From a virus (lineage: Duplodnaviria > Heunggongvirae > Uroviricota > Caudoviricetes), in IMG/VR virus record IMGVR_UViG_638341084_000011, positions 1-6,630 of that record: a stretch of 6,630 nucleotides of DNA, one strand, 5' to 3'. Of this stretch, positions 1 to 6,630 are shown piece after piece (the first letter of the stretch is position 1; each line of letters starts with the position of its first letter). The translations under genes were made by a program, and so were the position numbers. Under the pieces are notes generated by a model. That model saw only the letters and a program-made list of their open reading frames with translations. It did no database searches and was not told the origin of the DNA.

Positions 1-849
1 AGCTCCATGCTGATGACACGCCTGTCCCGGTGCTGTTGCCAGGCAATAAGAAAACGAAGACCGGGCGGTTATGGACCTACGTTCGTGACGACCGTAACGC
101 CGGGTCAACGCTGGCGCCGGCGGTGTTGTTCGCTTACAGCCCGGACAGAAAAGGCATCCATCCGCAGACCCATCTTGCGGGGTTCAGTGGTGTACTGCAG
201 GCGGATGCATACGCCGGGTTCAACGAGCTGTACCGGGATGGCCGGATAACGGAAGCCGCCTGTTGGGCTCACGCCCGCCGTAAAATCCACGATGTGCACG
301 TTCGCACCCCGTCAGCCCTGACGGAGGAAGCGCTGAAACGGATCGGCGAACTGTACGCCATCGAGGCAGAGATAAGGGGAATGACGGCGGAGCAGCGCCT
401 TGCCGAACGTCAGTTGAAAACGAAACCGCTGCTGAAATCCCTGGAAAGCTGGCTGCGTGAAAAGATGAAAACCCTGTCGCGACACTCAGAACTGGCGAAA
501 GCGTTCGCATACGCCCTGAACCAGTGGCCGGCGCTGACGTACTATGCAGATGATGGCTGGGCTGAGGCGGACAATAACATCGCTGAAAATGCGTTGCGGA
601 TGGTCAGTCTGGGCCGCAAAAACTACCTGTTCTTCGGTTCGGATCATGGAGGAGAGCGGGGAGCGCTGCTGTACAGCCTGATCGGGACGTGCAAACTGAA
701 CGGAGTGGAGCCAGAAAGCTACCTCCGCTATGTCCTTGACGTCATAGCCGACTGGCCGATAAACCGGGTCGGCGAACTGCTCCCCTGGCGCGTAGCACTG
801 CCGACTGAATAACACATCCCCGTCAATACGGTTCTTGCTGCACGCTTAC
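1..849 (+). mobile_element. IS66-family insertion sequence, right-hand portion (left end lies upstream of the window)
   Basis: Contains the C-terminal part of an IS66-type transposase ORF ending at 812. About 37 bp downstream the sequence ...GCACGCTTAC (840-849) is the reverse complement of the 5'-GTAAGCG... terminus typical of IS66-family inverted repeats. Immediately after 849 the reading frame continues into phage structural-gene sequence. The exact boundary (+/- a few bp) cannot be fixed without the left end. Confidence 0.7.
3..812 (+). CDS. tnpC: IS66-family transposase (TnpC), C-terminal ~270 codons; 5' end truncated by the window edge
   Basis: Frame is open from nt 3 ([31 protein letters not shown]...), so the ATG at 30 in the ORF track is internal. 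The D-D-T-P-V / G[11 protein letters not shown] motif and downstream ...YAIE.EIRG...AERQ...NNIAENALR... are recognised as IS66 TnpC signature regions. Stop TAA at 810-812. Confidence 0.85.
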   Translation, partial: LHADDTPVPVLLPGNKKTKTGRLWTYVRDDRNAGSTLAPAVLFAYSPDRKGIHPQTHLAGFSGVLQADAYAGFNELYRDGRITEAACWAHARRKIHDVHVRTPSALTEEALKRIGELYAIEAEIRGMTAEQRLAERQLKTKPLLKSLESWLREKMKTLSRHSELAKAFAYALNQWPALTYYADDGWAEADNNIAENALRMVSLGRKNYLFFGSDHGGERGALLYSLIGTCKLNGVEPESYLRYVLDVIADWPINRVGELLPWRVALPTE

Positions 850-1601
850 TTTCATCGTTATGCGATACCCGGACAGCATTTTCCACATGGAACCGTCTGG
901 CGCAGCGATTCGAACGTCGCCATGCTGCCACCGCAGGCAGACAGGGGACAATCACAACCTCGTACAACAGTCCGGTTGCAGAAAAAAATATTGCCACACT
1001 GAACTACGTCATGCTGGCAGCGGCGCAGACATACCGGGCAGAAGCTGCCAGCCAGGCACTGACTGCGGCACTGGATTTCAGTCGCCGGATGGATAATGCC
1101 GCCCGTGCACCTGTACTGGATGCCCCGTCCACCACAACCGGCACAGCCATCGGGGCCAGCAGCACATCCGCTACCGTCACACAGGGACAGTTACAGTTAA
1201 CTGCCATAACCCCGGACGGCGGTTTTTCACAGGTATCCTTTTCAGACAGTGGTACAGCCACGCCCCCGGTATTTGAAAGTGTGTCCGATATCGGAAAAAC
1301 AGCCGCCATGCTGGGGGCTGCACTGGATACCGTCATTCTGACGGCATCTGAGCAGGGCTTTTCGACAGACAGCGTTCAGCTTACGCAACTGCGTCTGCTG
1401 GTTGTTGCCGACCTGGAAAAACGCGGGCTGCAACTGGCGGGCAGTGAAACGCACCGCCTGCCGGAGACGATGCCTGCAATGGTGGCCCTGTACCGTTACA
1501 CAGGAAACAGCCGGAACTGGCAACGGCTGGCCCGCAGGAACGGTATCAGCAACCCGTTGTTTGTTCCCGGTGGTGTCAGTATTGAGGTGATTAATGAGTA
1601 A
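850..1601 (+). pseudogene. DNA circularisation protein (Mu N/gp43-like), 3' remnant; 5' half displaced by the IS66 insertion
   Basis: The same frame is open from the IS end through to stop TAA at 1599-1601, giving protein-like sequence (…[16 protein letters not shown]…[23 protein letters not shown]…). The first in-frame ATG is at 1011, with no Shine-Dalgarno sequence upstream. Its position immediately upstream of the baseplate hub gene matches the Mu order N-P-Q-V-W-R-S. About 250 codons remain, against roughly 490 aa for full-length Mu N (size from memory). Confidence 0.6.
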
Positions 1602-2733
1602 TACCGTCACGCTGCGAACGGATGGCAGGCTTTTTACCGGCTGGACGTCAGTCTCTGTCACCCGCTCGATTGAATCCGTAGCCGGATATTTTGAGCTGGG
1701 GGTGAACGTGCCACCGGGCACGGATTTATCCGGGCTGGCTCCGGGGAAGAAGTTCACGCTCGAAATCGAGGGGCAGATTGTCTGCACCGGTTATATCGAT
1801 TCACGGCGACGCCAGATGACCGCTGACAGTATGAAAATCACTGTCGCCGGACGTGACAAAACGGCTGACCTGATTGACTGTGCTGCCGTTTACAGTGGCG
1901 GACAGTGGAAAAAACGCACACTGGAGCAGATTGCGCGTGACCTGTGCGCTCCTTATGGCGTTACCGTTCGCTGGGAGCTTTCCGATAAGGAAAGTTCGGC
2001 AGCTTTTCCCGGCTTCACGCTGGACCATTCAGAAACCGTTTATGAGGCGCTGGTGCGTGCCTCCCGCGCACGCGGTGTACTGATGACCAGCAATGCCGCC
2101 GGAGAGCTGGTATTCAGCCGGGCTGCCAGCACAGCCACTGATGAGCTGGTTCTCGGAGAAAATCTGCTGACGCTGGATTTTGAGGAAGACTTCCGCGACC
2201 GGTTCAGCGAATACACCGTCAAGGGGTATGCCCGCGCAAATGGTGCTGAGGGTGATGATATTGATGCGAAAAGTATCGTCTCCCGGAAAGGGACCGCCAC
2301 TGACAGTGATGTGACCCGTTACAGACCGATGATCATCATTGCTGACAGCAAGATTACGGCGAAGGATGCACAGGCCCGCGCCCTGCGTGAGCAACGCCGC
2401 AGACTGGCAAAATCCATCACCTTTGAGGCAGAAATTGACGGATGGACTCGCAAGGACGGGCAACTCTGGATGCCGAACCTGCTGGTCACTATTGATGCCT
2501 CGAAATATGCCATCAAAACCACGGAATTACTGGTCAGCAAAGTCACCCTGATACTGAATGACCAGGACGGGCTGAAAACCCGCGTCAGCCTTGCACCACG
2601 CGAAGGCTTTCTGGTGCCGGTTGAAAGCGACCGTAAAAACAGGAAAGGCGGCGACAGTAACGGCGGTATTGATGCGCTGGTTGAAGATTATTATCGCAGA
2701 CACCCGGAGAAAACGCCGCCGTGGAAAGAGTAA
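1594..2733 (+). CDS. Phage baseplate hub protein (Mu P/gp44-like; P2 gpD-like late control D family)
   Basis: 379-aa ORF. Strong SD GAGGTG 5 nt upstream of ATG 1594. Start overlaps the stop of the upstream N remnant by 8 nt. Size and position match Mu gp44. Protein-like composition throughout. Confidence 0.8.
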   Translation: MSNTVTLRTDGRLFTGWTSVSVTRSIESVAGYFELGVNVPPGTDLSGLAPGKKFTLEIEGQIVCTGYIDSRRRQMTADSMKITVAGRDKTADLIDCAAVYSGGQWKKRTLEQIARDLCAPYGVTVRWELSDKESSAAFPGFTLDHSETVYEALVRASRARGVLMTSNAAGELVFSRAASTATDELVLGENLLTLDFEEDFRDRFSEYTVKGYARANGAEGDDIDAKSIVSRKGTATDSDVTRYRPMIIIADSKITAKDAQARALREQRRRLAKSITFEAEIDGWTRKDGQLWMPNLLVTIDASKYAIKTTELLVSKVTLILNDQDGLKTRVSLAPREGFLVPVESDRKNRKGGDSNGGIDALVEDYYRRHPEKTPPWKE

Positions 2734-3314
2734 ATGATTCCGCCATGAACCGCCTGCTGATGCCGCTGATGCGTCGTGTGCGCCTGATGCTTGCGCGTGC
2801 CGTTGTTAACGTGATTAACGACGGACGAAAGGTTCAGAACCTGCAGGTTGGTCTGCTGGATGATGAGGAATCTGATGAAGTGGAGCGCCTGCAAAATTAC
2901 GGGCATTTCAGCGTTCCTCTGCCGGGCGCAGAGGCGCTGATTGCCTGTGTGGGTGCACAACGTGATCAGGGGATTGCCGTTGTGGTGGAAGACCGCCGCT
3001 ACCGCCCGACAAATCTTGAACCGGGTGATGCTGGCATTTACCACCACGAGGGGCATCGTATCAGGCTGACAAAGGACGGACGCTGCATCATTACCTGTAA
3101 AACGGTTGAGGTTTACGCTGATGAAAGTATGACCGTTGACACACCCAGAACCACGTTTACCGGCGACGTTGAGATCCAGAAAGGTCTGGGCGTTAAAGGT
3201 AAAAGCCAGTTCGACAGCAATATTACTGCCCCGGATGCCATCATCAATGGCAAATCGACGGATAAGCATATCCACCGTGGCGATAGCGGCGGAACCACGG
3301 GGCCAATGCAATGA
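2721..3314 (+). CDS. Baseplate spike / puncturing-device protein (Mu gp45-like; P2 gpV-like)
   Basis: 197-aa ORF if started at GTG 2721 (GGAGA 11 nt upstream, overlapping the hub gene's end), or 189 aa from in-frame ATG 2745. Position after the hub gene and size match Mu gp45. Stop TGA 3312-3314 overlaps the next start (ATGA). Confidence 0.75.
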   Translation: MERVNDSAMNRLLMPLMRRVRLMLARAVVNVINDGRKVQNLQVGLLDDEESDEVERLQNYGHFSVPLPGAEALIACVGAQRDQGIAVVVEDRRYRPTNLEPGDAGIYHHEGHRIRLTKDGRCIITCKTVEVYADESMTVDTPRTTFTGDVEIQKGLGVKGKSQFDSNITAPDAIINGKSTDKHIHRGDSGGTTGPMQ

Positions 3315-3748
3315 CCGATTTAGCCATTATCTGGACGAACGGACGCGGCGATATTGCACAGGATGGCATTGATATGCTGACCGACGACAGCCTGACAACC
3401 GATGTGACAATCTCCCTGTTTACCGACCGGCGCTCGCTGGATTCTGACACGCTGCCGGATGGTTCAGATGATCGCCGTGGATGGTGGGGTGACAGTTACC
3501 GCGACCGCCCCATCGGTTCGCGGTTGTGGCTGTTATCACGTGAAAAAGCCACACCGGATACGCTGGAACGCGCCAGAGGGTATGCCGAAGAGGCGCTGGA
3601 ATGGCTGAAAACAGCGGGCCGGGTAAGTGCGATTAACGTCAGGGCGGAACAGTTACATCAGGGCTGGTTATACCTCTACATTGCACTGACATTACCGGAT
3701 GGTTCCGTTATTCCTTATGAGTTTAAAGCAGCATTTAACGGGGTTTAA
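3311..3748 (+). CDS. Mu gp46-like baseplate protein
   Basis: 145-aa ORF. ATG 3311 overlaps the upstream stop (ATGA), indicating translational coupling. Acidic N-terminal half (DDSLTTDVTISLFTDRRSLDSDTLPDGSDDRRGWWGD). Position and size fit the Mu gp46 family. Confidence 0.7.
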   Translation: MTDLAIIWTNGRGDIAQDGIDMLTDDSLTTDVTISLFTDRRSLDSDTLPDGSDDRRGWWGDSYRDRPIGSRLWLLSREKATPDTLERARGYAEEALEWLKTAGRVSAINVRAEQLHQGWLYLYIALTLPDGSVIPYEFKAAFNGV

Positions 3749-4831
3749 ATGGCTTATTCACCACCGACATTATCATCGCTGATTGCCCGTACAGAACAGA
3801 ATATTGAACAGCGCCTGCCGGGTAGCTGGCCTCAGGCCCGTGAAAAAACGCTGAGTGCCATTGCTTATGCTCAGGCGGGCCTTGCTGCCGGTTGTCACGA
3901 GCATATTTCATGGGTTGGACGGCAGATTATCCCGTCGACAGCAGATGAAGATGAGTTGCTGGAGCACTGCCGGTTCTGGGGGGTGCGCCGCAAACAGGCG
4001 ACAGCCGCCAGCGGCCCGCTGACTGTCACCACATCGGCAGCGACCACCATTCCTGCCGGTACACGCTGGCAGCGTGCTGATGGTGTGGTTTACAGCCTGG
4101 CTGATGCCATTGTGATTGACCGTGCAGGAACGACGGAAATTACCGTTACCGCACTGGCTGCCGGTGAGGCAGGAAATACCGGTGAGAATACCCTTTTAAC
4201 GTTGATCACCCCGGTTGCCTGTGTTGTTTCCGATGCCATCACTGTAAAAGGGTTTTCCGGTGGAGCTGATATTGAGAGTGCAGCGGAGCTGCTGTCACGG
4301 CTGGAATATCGTGTCCAGTATCCTCCGTTCGGCGGTAATCAGTTTGATTACGTCCGCTGGGCACGTGAAGTCAGCGGCGTTACCCGTGCCTGGTGTTTTC
4401 CGACATGGAAAGGCGGTGGCACAGTCGGGGTGACGTTTGTTATGGATAACCGGAGCAATATTTTTCCACAACCGGCAGACGTGGAACGCGTGGCGGATTA
4501 TATCGCCGGTCATACTGACCCGATCACCGGTCTGATTGTCGGACAGCCTGACGGTGTAAATGTCACTGTATTTGCGCCAAAGGCAAAGCCGGTAAATCCA
4601 CGGATTTATATATCACCGAAGACAGCCGAACTGAAACAGGCTATTACCCACGCCATTAATACCATGTTTTTTAATGAGGTGACGCCGGGCGGCGCACTTG
4701 CCACCTCCCGTATTATCCGTGCGGTGGCAGGTGTTACCGGTCTGGATGATTTTGAAGTGCGTTTCCCGACAGAGATCCAGCGTTCGGAGAATACGGAACT
4801 GTTAACACCGGGGACAATTGAATGGCTGTAA
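3749..4831 (+). CDS. Baseplate J-like wedge protein (Mu gp47-like; P2 gpJ / T4 gp6 family)
   Basis: 360-aa ORF. ATG 3749 directly abuts the upstream stop (TAAATG). Size and position match Mu gp47. Stop at 4829-4831 overlaps the next gene's start. Confidence 0.8.
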   Translation: MAYSPPTLSSLIARTEQNIEQRLPGSWPQAREKTLSAIAYAQAGLAAGCHEHISWVGRQIIPSTADEDELLEHCRFWGVRRKQATAASGPLTVTTSAATTIPAGTRWQRADGVVYSLADAIVIDRAGTTEITVTALAAGEAGNTGENTLLTLITPVACVVSDAITVKGFSGGADIESAAELLSRLEYRVQYPPFGGNQFDYVRWAREVSGVTRAWCFPTWKGGGTVGVTFVMDNRSNIFPQPADVERVADYIAGHTDPITGLIVGQPDGVNVTVFAPKAKPVNPRIYISPKTAELKQAITHAINTMFFNEVTPGGALATSRIIRAVAGVTGLDDFEVRFPTEIQRSENTELLTPGTIEWL

Positions 4832-5364
4832 CACCCTATCAGACGGCCTTTCTGCAATTACTGCCGTCAGGGCTTGCCTGGAATAAAAGCCCCGACAGCA
4901 AATTATCTGCGCTGGCGCAGGCCATCAGTGACGTGATTGCCAGTGCGGCGGATGATGCGCGGCAAATGCTGCGGGAGCGTTTCCCGTCCACATCCCGCTG
5001 GTATCTGGGGGAGTGGGAATCATTTCTGGGGTTGCCGGACTGTACAAGCGAAAACGGCACCCTGTCCGAACGCCAGCGGGCTGCCGCGAATAAAATGCGT
5101 ATGACCGGCAATCTGAGTCGGCGCTTTTATGAATGGCTGGCTGCGCAGTACGGTTTTACCGTCAGGCTGACGGATTCCACAGAAAGCCAGTGGGTTACGC
5201 AGGTCAATATTTACGGTATTAAAAATTATCGCAACGCAACGGTGCTGGATAATGTCCTGACGCCGTTGCGTGTTTATGAATCGGGTGCGCTGGAATGTTT
5301 ACTGGAGAAATATAAACCCGCGCATCAGATTTATAAATTTGTTTACCATGACGGAGATAACTAA
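4822..5364 (+). CDS. Mu gp48-like tail/baseplate protein (P2 gpI-like, DUF2313-type)
   Basis: 180-aa ORF starting MAVTPYQTAFLQLLPSGLAWNK. Start overlaps the gp47-like stop by 10 nt. Stop TAA 5362-5364 overlaps the tail-fibre ATG (TAATG). Lies between the baseplate-J gene and the tail fibre, as gp48 does in Mu. Confidence 0.7.
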   Translation: MAVTPYQTAFLQLLPSGLAWNKSPDSKLSALAQAISDVIASAADDARQMLRERFPSTSRWYLGEWESFLGLPDCTSENGTLSERQRAAANKMRMTGNLSRRFYEWLAAQYGFTVRLTDSTESQWVTQVNIYGIKNYRNATVLDNVLTPLRVYESGALECLLEKYKPAHQIYKFVYHDGDN

Positions 5365-6630
5365 TGTTTTATATTGATAACGACAGCGGCGTAACCGTCA
5401 TGCCGCCCGTATCCGCCCAGCGTAGTGCTATCGTTCGCTGGTTTTCAGAAGGTGACGGGAATAATGTTATCACATGGCCCGGCATGGACTGGTTTAATAT
5501 TGTTCAGGCGGAGTTATTAAACACGCTGGAAGAAGCCGGTATTCAACCGGATAAAACAAAATTAAACCAGCTTGCACTGTCCATTAAAGCCATTATGAGC
5601 AATAACGCGCTGCTGATAAAAAATAACCTCAGCGAAATTAAAACTGCCGGGGCATCAGCACAGCGTACAGCACGTGAAAATCTGGATATCTATGATGCCA
5701 GCCTGAACAAAAAAGGACTCGTTCAGCTAACCAGTGCCACTGACAGCCCCAGTGAAACGTTGGCAGCCACCGCAAAAGCGGTGAAAATTGCGATGGATAA
5801 TGCCAATGCTCGTCTGGCAAAAGACCGGAACGGAGCAGATATTCCCAATAAGCCGCTGTTTATCCAAAACGTCGGTTTACAGGAAACGGTAAACAAGGCT
5901 GGTAACGCTGTTCAAAAGACAGGCGATACCTTGTCCGGTGGACTTACTTTTGAAAACGACTCAATCCTTGCCTGGATTCGAAATACTGACTGGGCGAAGA
6001 TTGGTTTTAAAAATGATGCCGACAGCGACACTGATTCATACATGTGGTTTGAAACAGGCGACAACGGCAATGAATATTTCAAATGGAGAAGCAAACAAAG
6101 CACCACAACAAAAGACCTGATGAATCTTAAATGGGATGCTTTGTCTGTTCTTGTTAAAGCCCTTTTCAGCAGTGAAGTAAAAATATCGACAGTCAATGCA
6201 CTGAGGATATTTAATTCATCTTTTGGTGCCATTTTTCGCCGTTCTGAAGAATGCCTGCATATCATCCCTACACGAGAGAACGAGGGAGAAAATGGTGATA
6301 TAGGGCCACTACGCCCCTTTACGCTTAATCTCAGAACTGGTCGGATAAGCATGGGGCATGGTCTGGATGTTACAGGAGATATAACAACTAACGCCTGGGT
6401 TTATGCAAACAGGTTTGCTATTAACAGCAGTAATGGTATGTGGATTCAGATGCGCGATAACAACGCTATCTTTGGGAAAAATATAGTTAACACTGATAGC
6501 GCCCAGGCATTGCTACGTCAGGACCATGCTGATCGCAAATTTATGATTGGTGGTCTGGGTAATAAGCAATTTGGCATCTACATGATTAATAATTCAAGGA
6601 CAGCCAATGGCACCGATGGTCAGGCGTACA
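5364..6630 (+). CDS. Tail fibre protein (Mu S-like), 5' complete, 3' end beyond the window
   Basis: Not in the ORF track because no stop occurs before the window end. I translated by hand from ATG 5364 (GGAG 7-10 nt upstream) and found frame 0 open to 6630: MFYIDNDSGVTVMPPVSAQRSAIVRWFSEGDGNNVITWPGMDWFNIVQAELLNTLEEAGIQPDKTKL…KPLFIQNVGLQETVNKAGNAVQKTGDTLSGGLTFENDS…GQAY. Contains the K-T-G-D-T-L-S-G-G-L motif common to tail-fibre proteins, and follows the gp48-like gene as in Mu. Confidence 0.8.
   Translation, partial: MFYIDNDSGVTVMPPVSAQRSAIVRWFSEGDGNNVITWPGMDWFNIVQAELLNTLEEAGIQPDKTKLNQLALSIKAIMSNNALLIKNNLSEIKTAGASAQRTARENLDIYDASLNKKGLVQLTSATDSPSETLAATAKAVKIAMDNANARLAKDRNGADIPNKPLFIQNVGLQETVNKAGNAVQKTGDTLSGGLTFENDSILAWIRNTDWAKIGFKNDADSDTDSYMWFETGDNGNEYFKWRSKQSTTTKDLMNLKWDALSVLVKALFSSEVKISTVNALRIFNSSFGAIFRRSEECLHIIPTRENEGENGDIGPLRPFTLNLRTGRISMGHGLDVTGDITTNAWVYANRFAINSSNGMWIQMRDNNAIFGKNIVNTDSAQALLRQDHADRKFMIGGLGNKQFGIYMINNSRTANGTDGQAY
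5860..5885. other. gix/pix/hix-type crossover site for a Gin/Pin/Hin-family serine DNA invertase, embedded in the tail-fibre gene
   Basis: TTATCCAAAACGTCGGTTTACAGGAA is a 26-bp imperfect palindrome of two 12-bp half-sites around a 2-bp core. Its reverse complement TTCCTGTAAACCGACGTTTTGGATAA differs at one position from the Mu gixL sequence as I recall it (TTCCTGTAAACCGAGGTTTTGGATAA). Its location at the constant/variable junction of a tail-fibre gene is where these sites lie in Mu, P1 and e14. Confidence 0.65.

Noticed and set aside
7-510. Several short ORFs overlapping the transposase (7..249 +, 105..299 -, 220..510 -, 486..815 -)
   Set aside because: All are alternative-frame or antisense overlaps of the IS66 transposase coding region, whose frame is open from nt 3 and carries recognisable transposase motifs.
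860-1096. 78-aa + strand ORF in an alternative frame across the IS/N junction
   Set aside because: The translation is Cys/Arg/Gly-rich and not protein-like, whereas the overlapping frame 0 reads as a continuous N-like protein.
1242-1787. 181-aa minus-strand ORF spanning the N-remnant/hub junction
   Set aside because: Antisense to two co-directional, translationally coupled phage genes; the composition (many R, C, Q, T) is typical of a spurious antisense frame.
2691-3311. 206-aa ORF on the minus strand, almost exactly coextensive with the spike gene
   Set aside because: It is antisense to a well-supported + strand gene in a GC-rich region where long antisense frames arise by chance. The translation is Cys/His/Arg-rich and low in complexity, and it has no ribosome-binding site or operon context.
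5912-6352. 146-aa minus-strand ORF inside the tail-fibre distal region
   Set aside because: It lies wholly within the hand-verified open tail-fibre frame on the + strand. The translation is hydrophobic and low in complexity and no independent signals support it.
5886-6630. Possibility that the tail-fibre C-terminal region is the target of a diversity-generating retroelement
   Set aside because: No template-repeat copy of any tail-fibre segment and no reverse-transcriptase gene are visible in the window. The invertase-site explanation accounts for the variable module, though a DGR downstream cannot be excluded from this window alone.
1-6630. CRISPR arrays, tRNA/rRNA genes or defence/toxin-antitoxin loci
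   Set aside because: No regularly spaced direct repeats and no tRNA-like or rRNA-like segments were seen. The window is fully accounted for by the IS remnant and the contiguous phage structural genes, leaving no unexplained intergenic space.

Overview
This window is the baseplate and tail-fibre end of a Mu-like prophage late operon, with an IS66-family insertion sequence at its upstream edge. Positions 1-~849 are the right end of the IS, carrying the C-terminal part of its transposase (frame open from nt 3, stop at 812). The IS has inserted into the phage DNA-circularisation gene (Mu N/gp43-like), leaving only a 3' remnant (~850-1601) with no start codon of its own until 1011. Downstream, six genes on the + strand are tightly packed with overlapping or abutting start/stop codons. 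Their order and sizes match the Mu P-Q-V-W-R-S block: baseplate hub (379 aa), spike (197 aa), gp46-like (145 aa), baseplate-J-like wedge (360 aa), gp48-like (180 aa) and a tail-fibre gene that runs off the window end. The most notable feature is a 26-bp imperfect palindrome inside the tail-fibre gene (5860-5885) that matches, from memory, the gix/pix/hix crossover site of Gin/Pin/Hin DNA invertases. This implies the distal tail-fibre coding region is an invertible host-range cassette whose partner site and invertase lie beyond the window. I see no CRISPR array, tRNA/rRNA, or defence/toxin system, and no convincing evidence of an undescribed system; the content is a recognisable, IS-damaged phage structural module. 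All family assignments rest on recognition of motifs and synteny, not on database searches.
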